This document shows positions 9,798 through 19,549 of a stretch of DNA of 64,000 nucleotides, piece by piece; position 1 is the first letter of the stretch; each line of letters opens with the position of its first letter. This stretch comes from an uncultured Alcaligenaceae bacterium. GTDB taxonomy: Bacteria; Planctomycetota; Planctomycetia; Gemmatales; Gemmataceae. The position numbers and the translations under genes are program-made. The DNA is taken from the NCBI GenBank assembly GCA_964515185.1, contig CAZESP010000005.1, positions 5,787 to 69,786 of the forward strand, written 5' to 3'. The notes beneath the pieces are model-generated. The model ran no database searches. It worked only from the letters and a program-made list of their open reading frames with translations, and had not been told where the DNA came from.

Positions 9798-10676
9798 ATG
9801 GCGATGTCGACGACAGATGTCAGCGATTTAGTGCTTGCCGCCTTGGAAACGGCGATCCGCCAAGGTGGCGAACATCGCCTGGTGACAAGCGGCAAGAAGA
9901 AAGGGCTGTTGCCGAGAGGTGCCCGATCGGCGGCGAACAAACTCGCCCAGGACCAATGTACCGATCCCAACTTGGCGTTGTTCACGGTTCGACAGGTCGT
10001 CGAGGGGAAAAGCAAAACCGCAAAACCCGTCGCGTTTGTTACAATCACGTCGCGCGGAATTGATGTTCTATTCGAGCGAAAGACGTCGACCGAACATCGC
10101 GAGTTGTTGGATCGGACAGCCGACGCCCACAAGGAGGCCGCCCAGGAAGCTGTACGACGACTGAGCGCAATCGAACTGAAACGGATCGACGAACAACGAC
10201 GGACACTCGACAGCCAGGCAAACGAACTGCAAGAGTTCATCGTAGATTTTGTCAAGCAACGTCTCGCGGAGCTGGAACGCCAACGACGTGAACTTGATGA
10301 ACAAGCAAAGCGCTTGACGCGATCAACGGCCGAGCCGCCGAAGCCTTCGACGGAACGACCGGGGCGTGTTCCAGTGCCAACGACCGACGAGGATCTCGAT
10401 TATCGGCGCGATGTGTGCCGCGAGCTTGTATTTGCATGGCAGGATAATCCCGCACCGGGAACCCGCGCCGCACTTGAGGTCGTCATGCTTAACGCCGGTT
10501 TGGATCAAGTTGGGCAACCTGGCAGTCAGGTGGTCTACACCGGGATTGAACACGAAACGACAGATGCTGTTGATGACGGTGATTTGGTAACAGTCGTGGA
10601 ACCCGGATGGAAACTTCGGTCGCCACGCGGCACATTACTCATTTCCCGAGCGAAAGTAGTTTCTGCCAAACCATGA
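9798..10676 (+). CDS. hypothetical protein with central coiled coil, 293 aa
   Basis: Start chosen at 'MAMSTTDV' with an upstream GGAGAG. Central 'ELKRIDEQRRTLDSQANELQEFIVDFVKQRLAELERQRRELDEQAKRL' is predicted coiled coil. It ends 10 nt before the next gene. Confidence 0.55.
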   Translation: MAMSTTDVSDLVLAALETAIRQGGEHRLVTSGKKKGLLPRGARSAANKLAQDQCTDPNLALFTVRQVVEGKSKTAKPVAFVTITSRGIDVLFERKTSTEHRELLDRTADAHKEAAQEAVRRLSAIELKRIDEQRRTLDSQANELQEFIVDFVKQRLAELERQRRELDEQAKRLTRSTAEPPKPSTERPGRVPVPTTDEDLDYRRDVCRELVFAWQDNPAPGTRAALEVVMLNAGLDQVGQPGSQVVYTGIEHETTDAVDDGDLVTVVEPGWKLRSPRGTLLISRAKVVSAKP

Positions 10677-10685
10677 GGATCAAAC

Positions 10686-12152
10686 ATGCGCCCAATGCTG
10701 TGTATCGATTTTGGCAATACATACACCAAAGTCGCGCTGCGCAAGACGGTTAACGATCGAAGCGAACTGTTAAAAGATGATTCTTTGGTATGGGACGAGT
10801 TCAATTTCTGTGTTCCCACTGTCGCAGCGAGATTCACAGAAAAAAGTAAGACTGTTTGGCGTTTCGGCGAGGAAATCCATCGTCTGAAAGGTAATGAACG
10901 CGATCTTAAAGTCTTCCGCAATTGGAAGCCGTTCTTTTTCGACGGCGACCATGCCAGCCTAGTCAATCAGGCTCTACCAGTCCTATCAGGGCAAGCCTCT
11001 GGCGCTGAAGAACCTCCTCCAGGCATCACACAAGTTGCGTGGAATGTAATGAAGAGTACGCTGCCAAAGGCAGATCTCGAGAAAATCGAGCAAAAGCTCA
11101 GGGGAAACGAACTGTCCGAGGGCCCGGCGGCAGGCATTCCCGATACGACCGATATGGATTACAAGGAATTAGCTCTTGGTTTCTTTCGTTGGTTGCACCA
11201 GTTCTTCGATCCAATTTGTCGTAAGCGCTTCAATCAATGTGTCCGCGACATACCGGTCAGGATTTCTCTGCCAAGTTTCGGATCCGTCGCGGGCGCCGAA
11301 TCACTCCTTGACGAACTCCTAAGTGAAACAGGTTGGAAACCAGATGAGACGATGCCAGTGATCGCAGAACCGCGGGCCAACGCAATCGGGATTTTCACGG
11401 AAGGCCAGAATCGAGTTAACAAGAAAGGGACTTCGCCTCTGTATCCCCCCATGTTTGGACAAACCGGCTTGTATGACAGAATGCGCAACGCTGTAGTGGC
11501 CAATGGTCCGCCGACCGCATGGGCACTTGTCGCGGACATTGGTGGCTATTCGACCGATTTCGCAATGATTGGCTTTGATTTGACCGAACTTGACGCTTCA
11601 CTTGACGGAGTGATAGATGGCCGCCCGCGGCTCGCTCATAATTCTTGGCCGCTTGGGATCACCGATCTTGATAGGATGGTCGGCGAACGGCTACGGGAAG
11701 AAAAGCGTCTTCGCCTCAATCGAATTATTGAAGACCATAATCAGCAGCGACTCGAAACGTTTCACAGTCGTCTTTATGGCGGCGAAGGGCGATTTGCCAC
11801 AAGAGAAGCGATTTTTGGTGATTCGGAACGCGAAAGAGCTGATATCGACATTGCGATACAAGACTTTGGAAAAACGGTTGCAGACCATGCCACACAATTC
11901 CTTGAGATCCATCAGTACGACCGAATCGACGACCTTATATTAACTGGTGGCGGAATGATGATTCCGGCTGTCCGCGAGGCTATTTGCCATCGATTGAAGT
12001 TGTTCGGAGTACGATTTGTGCATCTGTACAATCCCGCCGGAGCGAAATCCATTTCTTCAATTCGAACGCATGGCGTCGATCCGAAATTAACTCGGGGCGC
12101 CACAGCCATCGGTGGGGCAAGTGTCTTTTTCGACTTCGCCGAATCAACTTGA
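10686..12152 (+). CDS. actin/Hsp70-fold (ASKHA superfamily) ATPase of unknown function
   Basis: N-terminal 'LCIDFGNTYTKVAL' is a phosphate-1 motif. 'LVADIGGYSTDFAMIG' is phosphate-2-like. 'LILTGGGMMIPAVREAI' is an adenosine-motif-like segment. GC is visibly lower than in neighbouring genes. Confidence 0.6.
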   Translation: MRPMLCIDFGNTYTKVALRKTVNDRSELLKDDSLVWDEFNFCVPTVAARFTEKSKTVWRFGEEIHRLKGNERDLKVFRNWKPFFFDGDHASLVNQALPVLSGQASGAEEPPPGITQVAWNVMKSTLPKADLEKIEQKLRGNELSEGPAAGIPDTTDMDYKELALGFFRWLHQFFDPICRKRFNQCVRDIPVRISLPSFGSVAGAESLLDELLSETGWKPDETMPVIAEPRANAIGIFTEGQNRVNKKGTSPLYPPMFGQTGLYDRMRNAVVANGPPTAWALVADIGGYSTDFAMIGFDLTELDASLDGVIDGRPRLAHNSWPLGITDLDRMVGERLREEKRLRLNRIIEDHNQQRLETFHSRLYGGEGRFATREAIFGDSERERADIDIAIQDFGKTVADHATQFLEIHQYDRIDDLILTGGGMMIPAVREAICHRLKLFGVRFVHLYNPAGAKSISSIRTHGVDPKLTRGATAIGGASVFFDFAEST

Positions 12153-12163
12153 TTCAACTGTTC

Positions 12164-12182
12164 CCCAGGACGACGTCCTGGG
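12164..12182. terminator. inverted-repeat hairpin between convergent genes
   Basis: 'cccaggacgacgtcctggg' is a perfect 7-9 bp stem. It sits between the + gene ending at 12152 and the - gene ending at 12206. Confidence 0.45.
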
Positions 12183-12205
12183 CTGATCGAATGAGCCTTG
12201 CAGGC

Positions 12206-13798
12206 TCAAGAGAGCGGCGCATATGCCCCAATAATCGCCCTTGCCGTGCGTAGGCCATCGACGGCGGCGCTGATGATGCCGCCCGCGTAACCGGCGCCTT
12301 CGCCGACTGGGTAGAGGCCCGCTAGGCCGGGGGAGCTTCGACTCCGTTCATCGCGCACGATCCTCACCGGCGCGCTGCCGCGAGCCTCGGGGCCGGCCAA
12401 CACCGCCTCCGCCAAGAATCTCCCGCGCCAGCGGCGGTCCATTTGCGGCAGGCCGTGGCGCACGGCGCCGGCGACGAGCGGCGGTAACAACTGCGTCAAA
12501 TCGACACTGACCCCGCCGCGCGGATAGCTCGACTTCGGCACCCCCGGCGACACCCGGCCCTTCATGAAATCCGTCGCCCGTTGCAATGGGCAGCGATACT
12601 CACCATGACCCATAGCAAATGCCAAGGCCTCATACTTCTGTTGCAGCCGCACCCCCGCGAGTACGTCGCTTCCCTCAAACGCCTCGGCCGGCACCGTGAC
12701 GACCAACCCGCTGTTGGCGTAGTACGAGTCGCGGCGCGATAGGCTCATGCCGTTGGTGCAGAAATAGCCTTCCTCCGACACGCTCGGGATGATGTAACCG
12801 CCCGCGCACATGCAAAACGTGAAAAGATCGTTAGGCCCATGAGCCACAAGGGAATAGTCGGCGGCGCCGAGTTGATCCTCCAACGGCGTCGGCCCGTACT
12901 GCACACGGTTGACGGTCTCCTGTTGATGCTCGATGCGAACGCCGAATTGAAACGGCTTCTGCAGCATCGCCACGCCGCGACGAGCGAGCATCGCGTAGGT
13001 ATCGCGGGCACTGTGGCCGATGGCAAGAACGACGACGTTCGCGCGCATGTAGCCCGACGAAGTTTGCAACCCTCGCAGTTGGCCGTCGGCAATGTCGAGA
13101 TCCTCGACGCGGCATCGGAATCGCACTTTGCCGCCAAGGGACTCAACCTTCTGCCGGATCGCCTTGACCACGGCGGGTAGGCGGTTGCTGCCAAGGTGCG
13201 GGCGATATTCGTAACGGATCGACGGCTTGCCCTTGCATTCGGCAAACAGATCGAGGACTCGCCCCACATCCGGGCCGGACATTCGGCAGGTCAGCTTCCC
13301 GTCACTGAAGGTGCCGGCTCCGCCCTCGCCGAAGAGGTAGTTGCTCTCGGGATCAAATGTCCCGCCGTTGTCGAAGGCTCTGACATCGCGAATCCGGTCG
13401 CTGACCGCCGGCCCGCGTTCGAGCAACAGTGGCTTATAACCATGAAGAGCGAGGAAATATGCCGCCACCAACCCGCCTGGCCCGCTGCCGACGACAACCG
13501 GTCGATGCGGCATCGGCAGATTTCCCGTCGGCGGCATCTCGAACGGAGTTTCGACGAAACGCTCAACCTGGGCACGACCATGCCGATGACTCAAGAGCTT
13601 TTCTTCGTCGGCGACGGCGACCTCGGCGGCATAGACGAATCGAATCGCCCGCTTGTCGCGCATGTCGAGGCTTTTTCGCAGAATTCGCCAATGACGGATG
13701 TCGCCGGGAGCGAGGCGAAAAACCTTCGCCAAGTGCTCCGGCAGCGCTGTTTCGGGTTCGTCAAGACTCAAACGGAGATTAGAAACTCGAAGAGACAT
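12206..13798 (-). CDS. FAD-dependent oxidoreductase (COG2509-like uncharacterised FAD-dependent dehydrogenase)
   Basis: 'VVVGSGPGGLVAAYFLALHGYKPLLLERG' is a dinucleotide-binding motif. 'GGAGTFSDGKL' is also conserved. 530 aa. Confidence 0.75.
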   Translation of the reverse strand: MSLRVSNLRLSLDEPETALPEHLAKVFRLAPGDIRHWRILRKSLDMRDKRAIRFVYAAEVAVADEEKLLSHRHGRAQVERFVETPFEMPPTGNLPMPHRPVVVGSGPGGLVAAYFLALHGYKPLLLERGPAVSDRIRDVRAFDNGGTFDPESNYLFGEGGAGTFSDGKLTCRMSGPDVGRVLDLFAECKGKPSIRYEYRPHLGSNRLPAVVKAIRQKVESLGGKVRFRCRVEDLDIADGQLRGLQTSSGYMRANVVVLAIGHSARDTYAMLARRGVAMLQKPFQFGVRIEHQQETVNRVQYGPTPLEDQLGAADYSLVAHGPNDLFTFCMCAGGYIIPSVSEEGYFCTNGMSLSRRDSYYANSGLVVTVPAEAFEGSDVLAGVRLQQKYEALAFAMGHGEYRCPLQRATDFMKGRVSPGVPKSSYPRGGVSVDLTQLLPPLVAGAVRHGLPQMDRRWRGRFLAEAVLAGPEARGSAPVRIVRDERSRSSPGLAGLYPVGEGAGYAGGIISAAVDGLRTARAIIGAYAPLS

Positions 13799-13822
13799 GG
13801 CAATGCCGGCTCGGGGCCGCGA

Positions 13823-15265
13823 CTACTTTCGAACATCAGCCGGCATGAAGCGAACGCCGACAACGGCACAGACGGAAATCTCGCGCTTCTGAAACGGCAC
13901 CAATCCACGGCGGACCAACACCCGCCACACCAACGGGTCTTTGCCTTTGTAGCCTTGCATCGCCTCGACGGCCCGATCCGCGGGATGCGTGGCGATGATG
14001 GTATCCCGCGACGCGCCCGGCGCCAGAGGTTTGTCGTCGTTTTCCTGGCCCTGCAGGTAAATCCGCCGGTTCAACTTCGTCTCGCTGAATGATCCATACT
14101 CGATCACCCCGCCATAGACTTTGAGCTTTCCGATTTCCAACAGGGTGTACGGCTTCACATGCAGCAGGGGGCGACCCTCTTCGGCCTCGGGTTTGAAACG
14201 CCGGTCGAAGACGGGATCCGTCGGATAAAACGGCAAGTTGTCCGATACGTTCTTCAGGCGCAGATGAAGGACAAGGGACTCGCGCTCGAATCGGGTCTCA
14301 CGAGGTTCATCCTCACCGCGGCGAATGGTGTAGGCAACCAGCGGTCGTTGCTCGATGCGCAACGGCGTTAATTCGAGTGAGCCGATGGTTAGAGACTGAC
14401 CAAGATCGACTTTCAAGTTGTCGGGGAGCTTCTGGTCGGCCGGCGGCATCTTGACGCTGCGCGAGACCGTATCGTTTTTCGGGCGATCGTAGTAATAGAG
14501 CAAATCCGGAATCATCTCCAGGGGATGGACCTGCTTGGCCCGTTGATGTGAGACGTAGAAATAGACGGCAAGGATCCACCCGGTGATGGCAAAGGGGATG
14601 AGGAACGTCAGCAAGAGGTTGCCACGCCCGCCGGAAACGGGTTGGCGAGCGGCTCCGGTCGCATTACTCGGAGCGACCCATCCCGCATTGGCGACAGGCT
14701 CGGCGGCCCATGCGGCGTCGGCGGCTGGCTCGATTGCCTCAGGCGGTGTGGTTCCGGCATCGGCCGTGGGTTCCGGCGGTGCCGCGGTCGGGTCGGGCGC
14801 GATTTCGAGCGTCATGGTCGGAACGACGGGGGCACCGGCGTCGGGCGGGGGCGATTCGATCGGCGGCACGGCAGATGGATCGGGATTTGACGGCGCCGGA
14901 TGCGGCAGATCACCCGGTGGCGGATAGTTGGCAAAGCCCGTTCCAACCGGTGTCGCCGGCGGTGCGGTTTCGGCCAAGTGCATGGGAATGACCAATTCCA
15001 ATTCCGGCCGATTCTTGCGGCTGGAGCCGAAAAGGTCTTCGTCATGATCGCTGAAGATGCTTTCGACGCCTTCGGTCGGCACACGAAACTCGGGGACGTT
15101 ATCGGGCGGGGGTTCGGCTGCGGGAACCGGCACCGGTTCGGGGCTGGCGGCCGGCGCTTGCAGGACCTGCGAACACGACGGGCATCGGACGAGTTGGCCC
15201 AGCAGTTCCGGGCCAACGGCCATGAGGTTGTTGCAATGCGGGCATGAGAACTGAACGGTTTGCAT
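13823..15265 (-). CDS. membrane-anchored protein with N-terminal zinc ribbon, Pro-rich linker, single TM and C-terminal soluble domain
   Basis: 'FSCPHCNNLMAV...RCPSCSQVL' zinc ribbon. P/A-rich region. TM 'LLLTFLIPFAITGWILAVYFYV'. The start is uncertain and the ORF runs to 15322. Confidence 0.55.
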   Translation of the reverse strand: MQTVQFSCPHCNNLMAVGPELLGQLVRCPSCSQVLQAPAASPEPVPVPAAEPPPDNVPEFRVPTEGVESIFSDHDEDLFGSSRKNRPELELVIPMHLAETAPPATPVGTGFANYPPPGDLPHPAPSNPDPSAVPPIESPPPDAGAPVVPTMTLEIAPDPTAAPPEPTADAGTTPPEAIEPAADAAWAAEPVANAGWVAPSNATGAARQPVSGGRGNLLLTFLIPFAITGWILAVYFYVSHQRAKQVHPLEMIPDLLYYYDRPKNDTVSRSVKMPPADQKLPDNLKVDLGQSLTIGSLELTPLRIEQRPLVAYTIRRGEDEPRETRFERESLVLHLRLKNVSDNLPFYPTDPVFDRRFKPEAEEGRPLLHVKPYTLLEIGKLKVYGGVIEYGSFSETKLNRRIYLQGQENDDKPLAPGASRDTIIATHPADRAVEAMQGYKGKDPLVWRVLVRRGLVPFQKREISVCAVVGVRFMPADVRK

Positions 15266-15472
15266 GGGAGCGAGGAATCCCGCAGGTAGGGTGAGCGATA
15301 CGATAAAATTATTGTATGACACGCGAGCGTAAAGCGTGGGCTGGAAAGGCGTCGAAGCCGCACGTCGTTGGCGGCTTCGGGTTGCCCCTGTTAGAACCGA
15401 ATGACCCGCTCGTCGGATTGGTAGCGACGGGCGGGAACCGGGTACCCTCGGAAATCAAAGGTTCGTTCGCCG

Positions 15473-16018
15473 ATGCGCAATGGCCCGCCACCGGCTGAGT
15501 CCCGCCGACTCGCCTTCGAGGCGCTTTATCAGCGTCATCATCGCGAAGTCTGGGCGGTTGCTTACGCGCGACGACTCGATGCCGACCTGGCCCTCGAAGT
15601 CACGCAGGAGGTATTCCTGCGATTGTGGAAACAATGGCAATCCGGCGAAGTCATCGAGAATCCGCGTGCCTGGCTGATGCGGGTCGCCCGCAACTTTGCC
15701 GAAGATCATGCCAAGAGTGCCTTTCGCCGCCACGGGACGCAGTCGCCCGATGCTTTCGCCGCCGTGCGATCCGCGACGGCGTCGCCGAGTGAATTGCTCG
15801 AGCACGCGGAATTGCTGGGCCAGGTTCGAGACGCCCTCAATGAACTGCAGGAAGCGGATCGCGCGGTCTTGACCCTACGCTACGCGTTGGATTATGAAGT
15901 CGATCAGATTGCCGAGGTCCTAGACATCAACGTGGCCGCCGTTCACATGCGCCTTAGTCGCGCTCGCAAACGGGTGGCGGAACGCTTGGCCGACCGAGGA
16001 GTGAAATCACCGCCATGA
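15473..16018 (+). CDS. RNA polymerase sigma-70 factor, ECF subfamily
   Basis: Sigma-70 region 2 ('VWAVAYARRLDADLALEVTQEVFLRLW') and region 4 ('LQEADRAVLTLRYALDYEVDQIAEVLDINVAAVHMRLSRARKRV'). Confidence 0.85.
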   Translation: MRNGPPPAESRRLAFEALYQRHHREVWAVAYARRLDADLALEVTQEVFLRLWKQWQSGEVIENPRAWLMRVARNFAEDHAKSAFRRHGTQSPDAFAAVRSATASPSELLEHAELLGQVRDALNELQEADRAVLTLRYALDYEVDQIAEVLDINVAAVHMRLSRARKRVAERLADRGVKSPP

Positions 16019-16392
16019 ATACGAATCCGATGTCGGATGATGCTGTCGATGAACTGCTGCGCCAGCATTTTCGCAGTGTCATGCCGGCTGAGTTCTTCCC
16101 TCCCGTGGATCGCCCCAACGAACCTGTCGATCGGGCGCTTCGGGCCTATTTCACGCAGGTGATGCCCGATCGGTTTCCGGCGCCCTCGGGCATGATTTCC
16201 AAGACTCCGCGAGTTCCAGATCGGACCATGGTTCATGGTCGCCTGGCCATGCTGGCGTCGGTGGCGGCGGTCGCCTTGCTTGGGTGGCTCGTGCTAGGTC
16301 GTCTACCCGTGGTTGAGCGTTTTCGGCCTGAGGCAAGGCCCGATAATGGCTCGGCAACCAAACAACCGCTGCCGCGAGCGCCTCTTCGTTAG
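16015..16392 (+). CDS. putative anti-sigma factor (small single-TM protein)
   Basis: 4-nt overlap with the sigma factor stop. One TM helix ('LAMLASVAAVALLGWLVLG'). Confidence 0.5.
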   Translation: MNTNPMSDDAVDELLRQHFRSVMPAEFFPPVDRPNEPVDRALRAYFTQVMPDRFPAPSGMISKTPRVPDRTMVHGRLAMLASVAAVALLGWLVLGRLPVVERFRPEARPDNGSATKQPLPRAPLR

Positions 16393-16575
16393 AATCGGTG
16401 GAATCGCGCCGATCGAACCAAACCGGCCCGCGCATCGAGGCCGATTGTTCACGCCCGATAGTTCCCGTCGCATTTTTCCGACATTCGTCTCGGATGTTGG
16501 CTATCCTATCTTTATGACGGATGAGGGCGCTATGACCTTTTCCGCAAACGATCCCCGATCGACCACGAGACGGAC

Positions 16576-18921
16576 TTGGTGATGTCGGACCCGGCGATGA
16601 CATTGGCGAATCTGACCGCGGATGAGAGGCGCCTTGCCGACGATTGGCTGAAACGCTTCGACACCGATTGGAGCGAAGACCGGCTGGCCGAACTGCTGAA
16701 GGCACTTCCGGCCGACTCGGCATTGCGGCGGCCGTTGCTCGTCGCCATGATTGAGCGCGATTTGGCCTACCATTGGAAGCATGGCCGGCCCGCTTTGCTA
16801 TCCGGCTACTTCGATGCCTACCCCGAGTTGGGCGGCGCCGATCATGTCCCGCTAGATCTGATTGTCGCCGAGTATCACCTCCGGAAAGAGCATGGCCAAG
16901 CGGACCTTGCCGACTTCGCGGAGATGTATCCGTCGCGAATCGACGACCTCTATTTGCTCGTCAAGCCCGAACTCGATGACGTTGCGAACCCCGCTTCACC
17001 CAATGCCGATAAGACCATTCTCCGGGCGCGACGGCTGGAGTTGTTGAAGGCGCCCGCACCGGACGATTCGGAATCGGACGCGGGGGCGGCGGAGCGTCGC
17101 CGGCAGTTGCTGTTGCAGGGGATGGAAGCTCCGCCGAGCGCGGACGTGTCACCGGAGCCGGCGACCGCAGAACCTCCCCAAACTTCGCCAATCGGAGCGG
17201 CACCCCCACCGGTCGCGGGACCTCCCCCGCCGGATGAAATTGCAGCCGCCCCGAGACTTGGCCCATACACGCTGCAACGAGCGTTGGGCGACGCCACACA
17301 TCCCACGGTGTTTCTCGCGACGGATTCGCAGTTAAACCGGGAAGTTGTCTTGAAACTGCCGCATTTGCCCGACGAGAATCGCGAGGCGATTGAGGCCTAC
17401 TTCTTCAAGGAGGCCCGAGCGGCGGCCACCATTTCGCATCCGAGCCTTTGTCCGGTCCTCGACGCCGGCGCCATTGACGGCGTCAGTTTCCTTGTCATGC
17501 CGTATGTAACCGGCACGCCGCTCAGCCAGGAGATCGAGACTCGGCCGGTGTGGCCCCCCAGCGAAGCCCTCGGCCTGATTGCCCGCTTGGCATCGGCGAT
17601 GGATGTGGCTCACCGCCACGGAGTATTACACCGCGACTTGAGGCCGGCCAATGTTCTCATTACCGCCGGCAACATTCCGGTCATCGTTGATCTGGGCTAT
17701 TCGTTGCAAGCCGAAGAGACGGCTAATCCCAACGACGAGGTCTACTTCGCGCCCGAATCGACCGAAGCCGAGATTGGACCGGCGGCTGATGTCTACAGCC
17801 TGGGCGTCATGCTTTATCGGTTGCTCTGCGGCAAACTGCCGAACGTGCAGTCAGAGAAGATCACGCCGCCGAGCGCCATTGTGCCGGAGGTGCCGGCGGA
17901 GTTGGACGCGGTTTGCTTGAAGGCGATTGCACGCGACCCGACCAAGCGATACGGGACGATGAAAGAACTGAGCATGGCGATCACGCCGTTGATCGCTCCG
18001 AGTCGGCAATTAGCCAAGTCGGATCGCATTTCGGCGCCCGCCATCGTGCGACCGGGCGCGAGTCTCGCGGAGTTGCGCCGGCTCTCGGCGATAATCCCGA
18101 AGCCGCCAGATCCTCCGATGAATCGCGTGTTCAAACAGGCCAATCGCATTTGGCTCGTCGTCGGCGGTTTGGGTGCTGCGGTCGTGACCATAGTCGCCCT
18201 TGCCTACTTCATGGGCGGGAGCAGTCCGCCCACCTCCACGGCCGAGCGAAAGATTGAAGAGACGGATGAACAAGTCATCGCAGGTCTGAAGGCGAGCGAT
18301 CTCGCGACGCGCCAGTTGGCCGCCGAGAAGATCAAGGCTCGTGGGCTTAAGTCGGCAGCCAACGCGTTGATTCATCGTATTGCCGACGACGACTGGGCCG
18401 ATAGCACCCTCACCAAGGATGAAAGCAAGATCAAGGCCCTGGAAGCCCTCAACGCGGTCGCACCGGATAAAGTTCCCGATGCGTTGATTCAAGCCTTGCG
18501 ATCGAAAACCGCCCAGGTCCGCGTTTGGGCGATGCTCGAAATCGTCCGGGGCAAAGACGACGAGTTGTTTGTGCCTCCGCTGATTCGCGCTCTCATCGAC
18601 GAGTATCCGCGAATCCGAAAGCTCGCCGCGGACAAATTGGGGCGGCTGCATCGTGTCTACAAGTCGCCAGAAATCGTTAAGGCGCTAGCGGCCCGTGTCG
18701 CGGATGATCTTTGGGAACCCTCATCGAACGACCCTCGCGCGACCGAGAACCTGCATGACCCGGAATTCGGCGGCAAACAGGCCGCCCTCGAGGCGTTGAC
18801 CGAGATCTCGCCCTCTGACGCGATGCGTGCCTTGGAAAACGCCGTCCTCAAATCGACTCATCGCGACGTGCGATCGTGGGCCAAGAGAGAACTACGCGAC
18901 GTGCGGCGACCTAAGGAGTAG
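16576..18921 (+). CDS. serine/threonine protein kinase with C-terminal HEAT-like repeats
   Basis: Kinase catalytic loop 'HRHGVLHRDLRPANVLI'. 'DLGYS' is DFG-like. 'APE'. A TM segment is followed by HEAT/PBS-lyase-like repeats. It is downstream of the ECF sigma/anti-sigma pair. Confidence 0.85.
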   Translation: MVMSDPAMTLANLTADERRLADDWLKRFDTDWSEDRLAELLKALPADSALRRPLLVAMIERDLAYHWKHGRPALLSGYFDAYPELGGADHVPLDLIVAEYHLRKEHGQADLADFAEMYPSRIDDLYLLVKPELDDVANPASPNADKTILRARRLELLKAPAPDDSESDAGAAERRRQLLLQGMEAPPSADVSPEPATAEPPQTSPIGAAPPPVAGPPPPDEIAAAPRLGPYTLQRALGDATHPTVFLATDSQLNREVVLKLPHLPDENREAIEAYFFKEARAAATISHPSLCPVLDAGAIDGVSFLVMPYVTGTPLSQEIETRPVWPPSEALGLIARLASAMDVAHRHGVLHRDLRPANVLITAGNIPVIVDLGYSLQAEETANPNDEVYFAPESTEAEIGPAADVYSLGVMLYRLLCGKLPNVQSEKITPPSAIVPEVPAELDAVCLKAIARDPTKRYGTMKELSMAITPLIAPSRQLAKSDRISAPAIVRPGASLAELRRLSAIIPKPPDPPMNRVFKQANRIWLVVGGLGAAVVTIVALAYFMGGSSPPTSTAERKIEETDEQVIAGLKASDLATRQLAAEKIKARGLKSAANALIHRIADDDWADSTLTKDESKIKALEALNAVAPDKVPDALIQALRSKTAQVRVWAMLEIVRGKDDELFVPPLIRALIDEYPRIRKLAADKLGRLHRVYKSPEIVKALAARVADDLWEPSSNDPRATENLHDPEFGGKQAALEALTEISPSDAMRALENAVLKSTHRDVRSWAKRELRDVRRPKE

Positions 18922-18928
18922 GCACTCG

Positions 18929-19543
18929 ATGAGCGAGGAGACTTGGACCATTCACATCGACGGGGCCGCCCGAGGCAATCCGGGGCCGGCGGCTTTCGCC
19001 TATGTCATTCAGCCACCGAACGGGCCAGCCATCGAAGAAGCCGATTGCCTGGGCCACCGGACTAACAACGTCGCCGAGTATACCGCTCTCGTTGAAGCGC
19101 TCGCGCGGGCTGCCGACATGGGCGCTCGCCGGCTTCTCGTTTACACCGACAGCGAATTGCTCGTCAAGCAATTGGCGGGCGAGTACAAGGTCAAGAACGA
19201 TAGTTTACGCGAGCTGCTCGACGAAGCTCGAACCTTGATGCGACAATTCGACTTCTTCGGCATCCGCCATGTGCGGCGCGAGCAAAACAAGCGAGCCGAC
19301 CAGCTTTGCAACGAGGCACTGGACGGGCGCTGCGGGAAGGCGGCCATAGCGGCGAAGCCGGCCCCCGTCGAGCGACCGGCTGCCTCCGATGCTCGCGTTC
19401 GGGCCGATGCGATTGCGTGCCTTCAAGGGGCCGCCGCGGCATGGAAGGCCGGCGACAACACACTGACGCCCGAGGCGCTCTGGGAACAACTCTGGAGCAT
19501 CCTCGAAGAGGGCGCCGTTTTGCGCAAACCCAAGAAACGGTAA
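18929..19543 (+). CDS. rnhA: ribonuclease H (RNase HI-like) with about 60-aa C-terminal extension
   Basis: 'WTIHIDGAARGNPGPAAFAYVI', 'TNNVAEYTALVEAL' and 'LLVYTDSELLVKQL' are RNase H catalytic DEDD-fold motifs. Confidence 0.75.
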   Translation: MSEETWTIHIDGAARGNPGPAAFAYVIQPPNGPAIEEADCLGHRTNNVAEYTALVEALARAADMGARRLLVYTDSELLVKQLAGEYKVKNDSLRELLDEARTLMRQFDFFGIRHVRREQNKRADQLCNEALDGRCGKAAIAAKPAPVERPAASDARVRADAIACLQGAAAAWKAGDNTLTPEALWEQLWSILEEGAVLRKPKKR

Positions 19544-19549
19544 CCCCGA

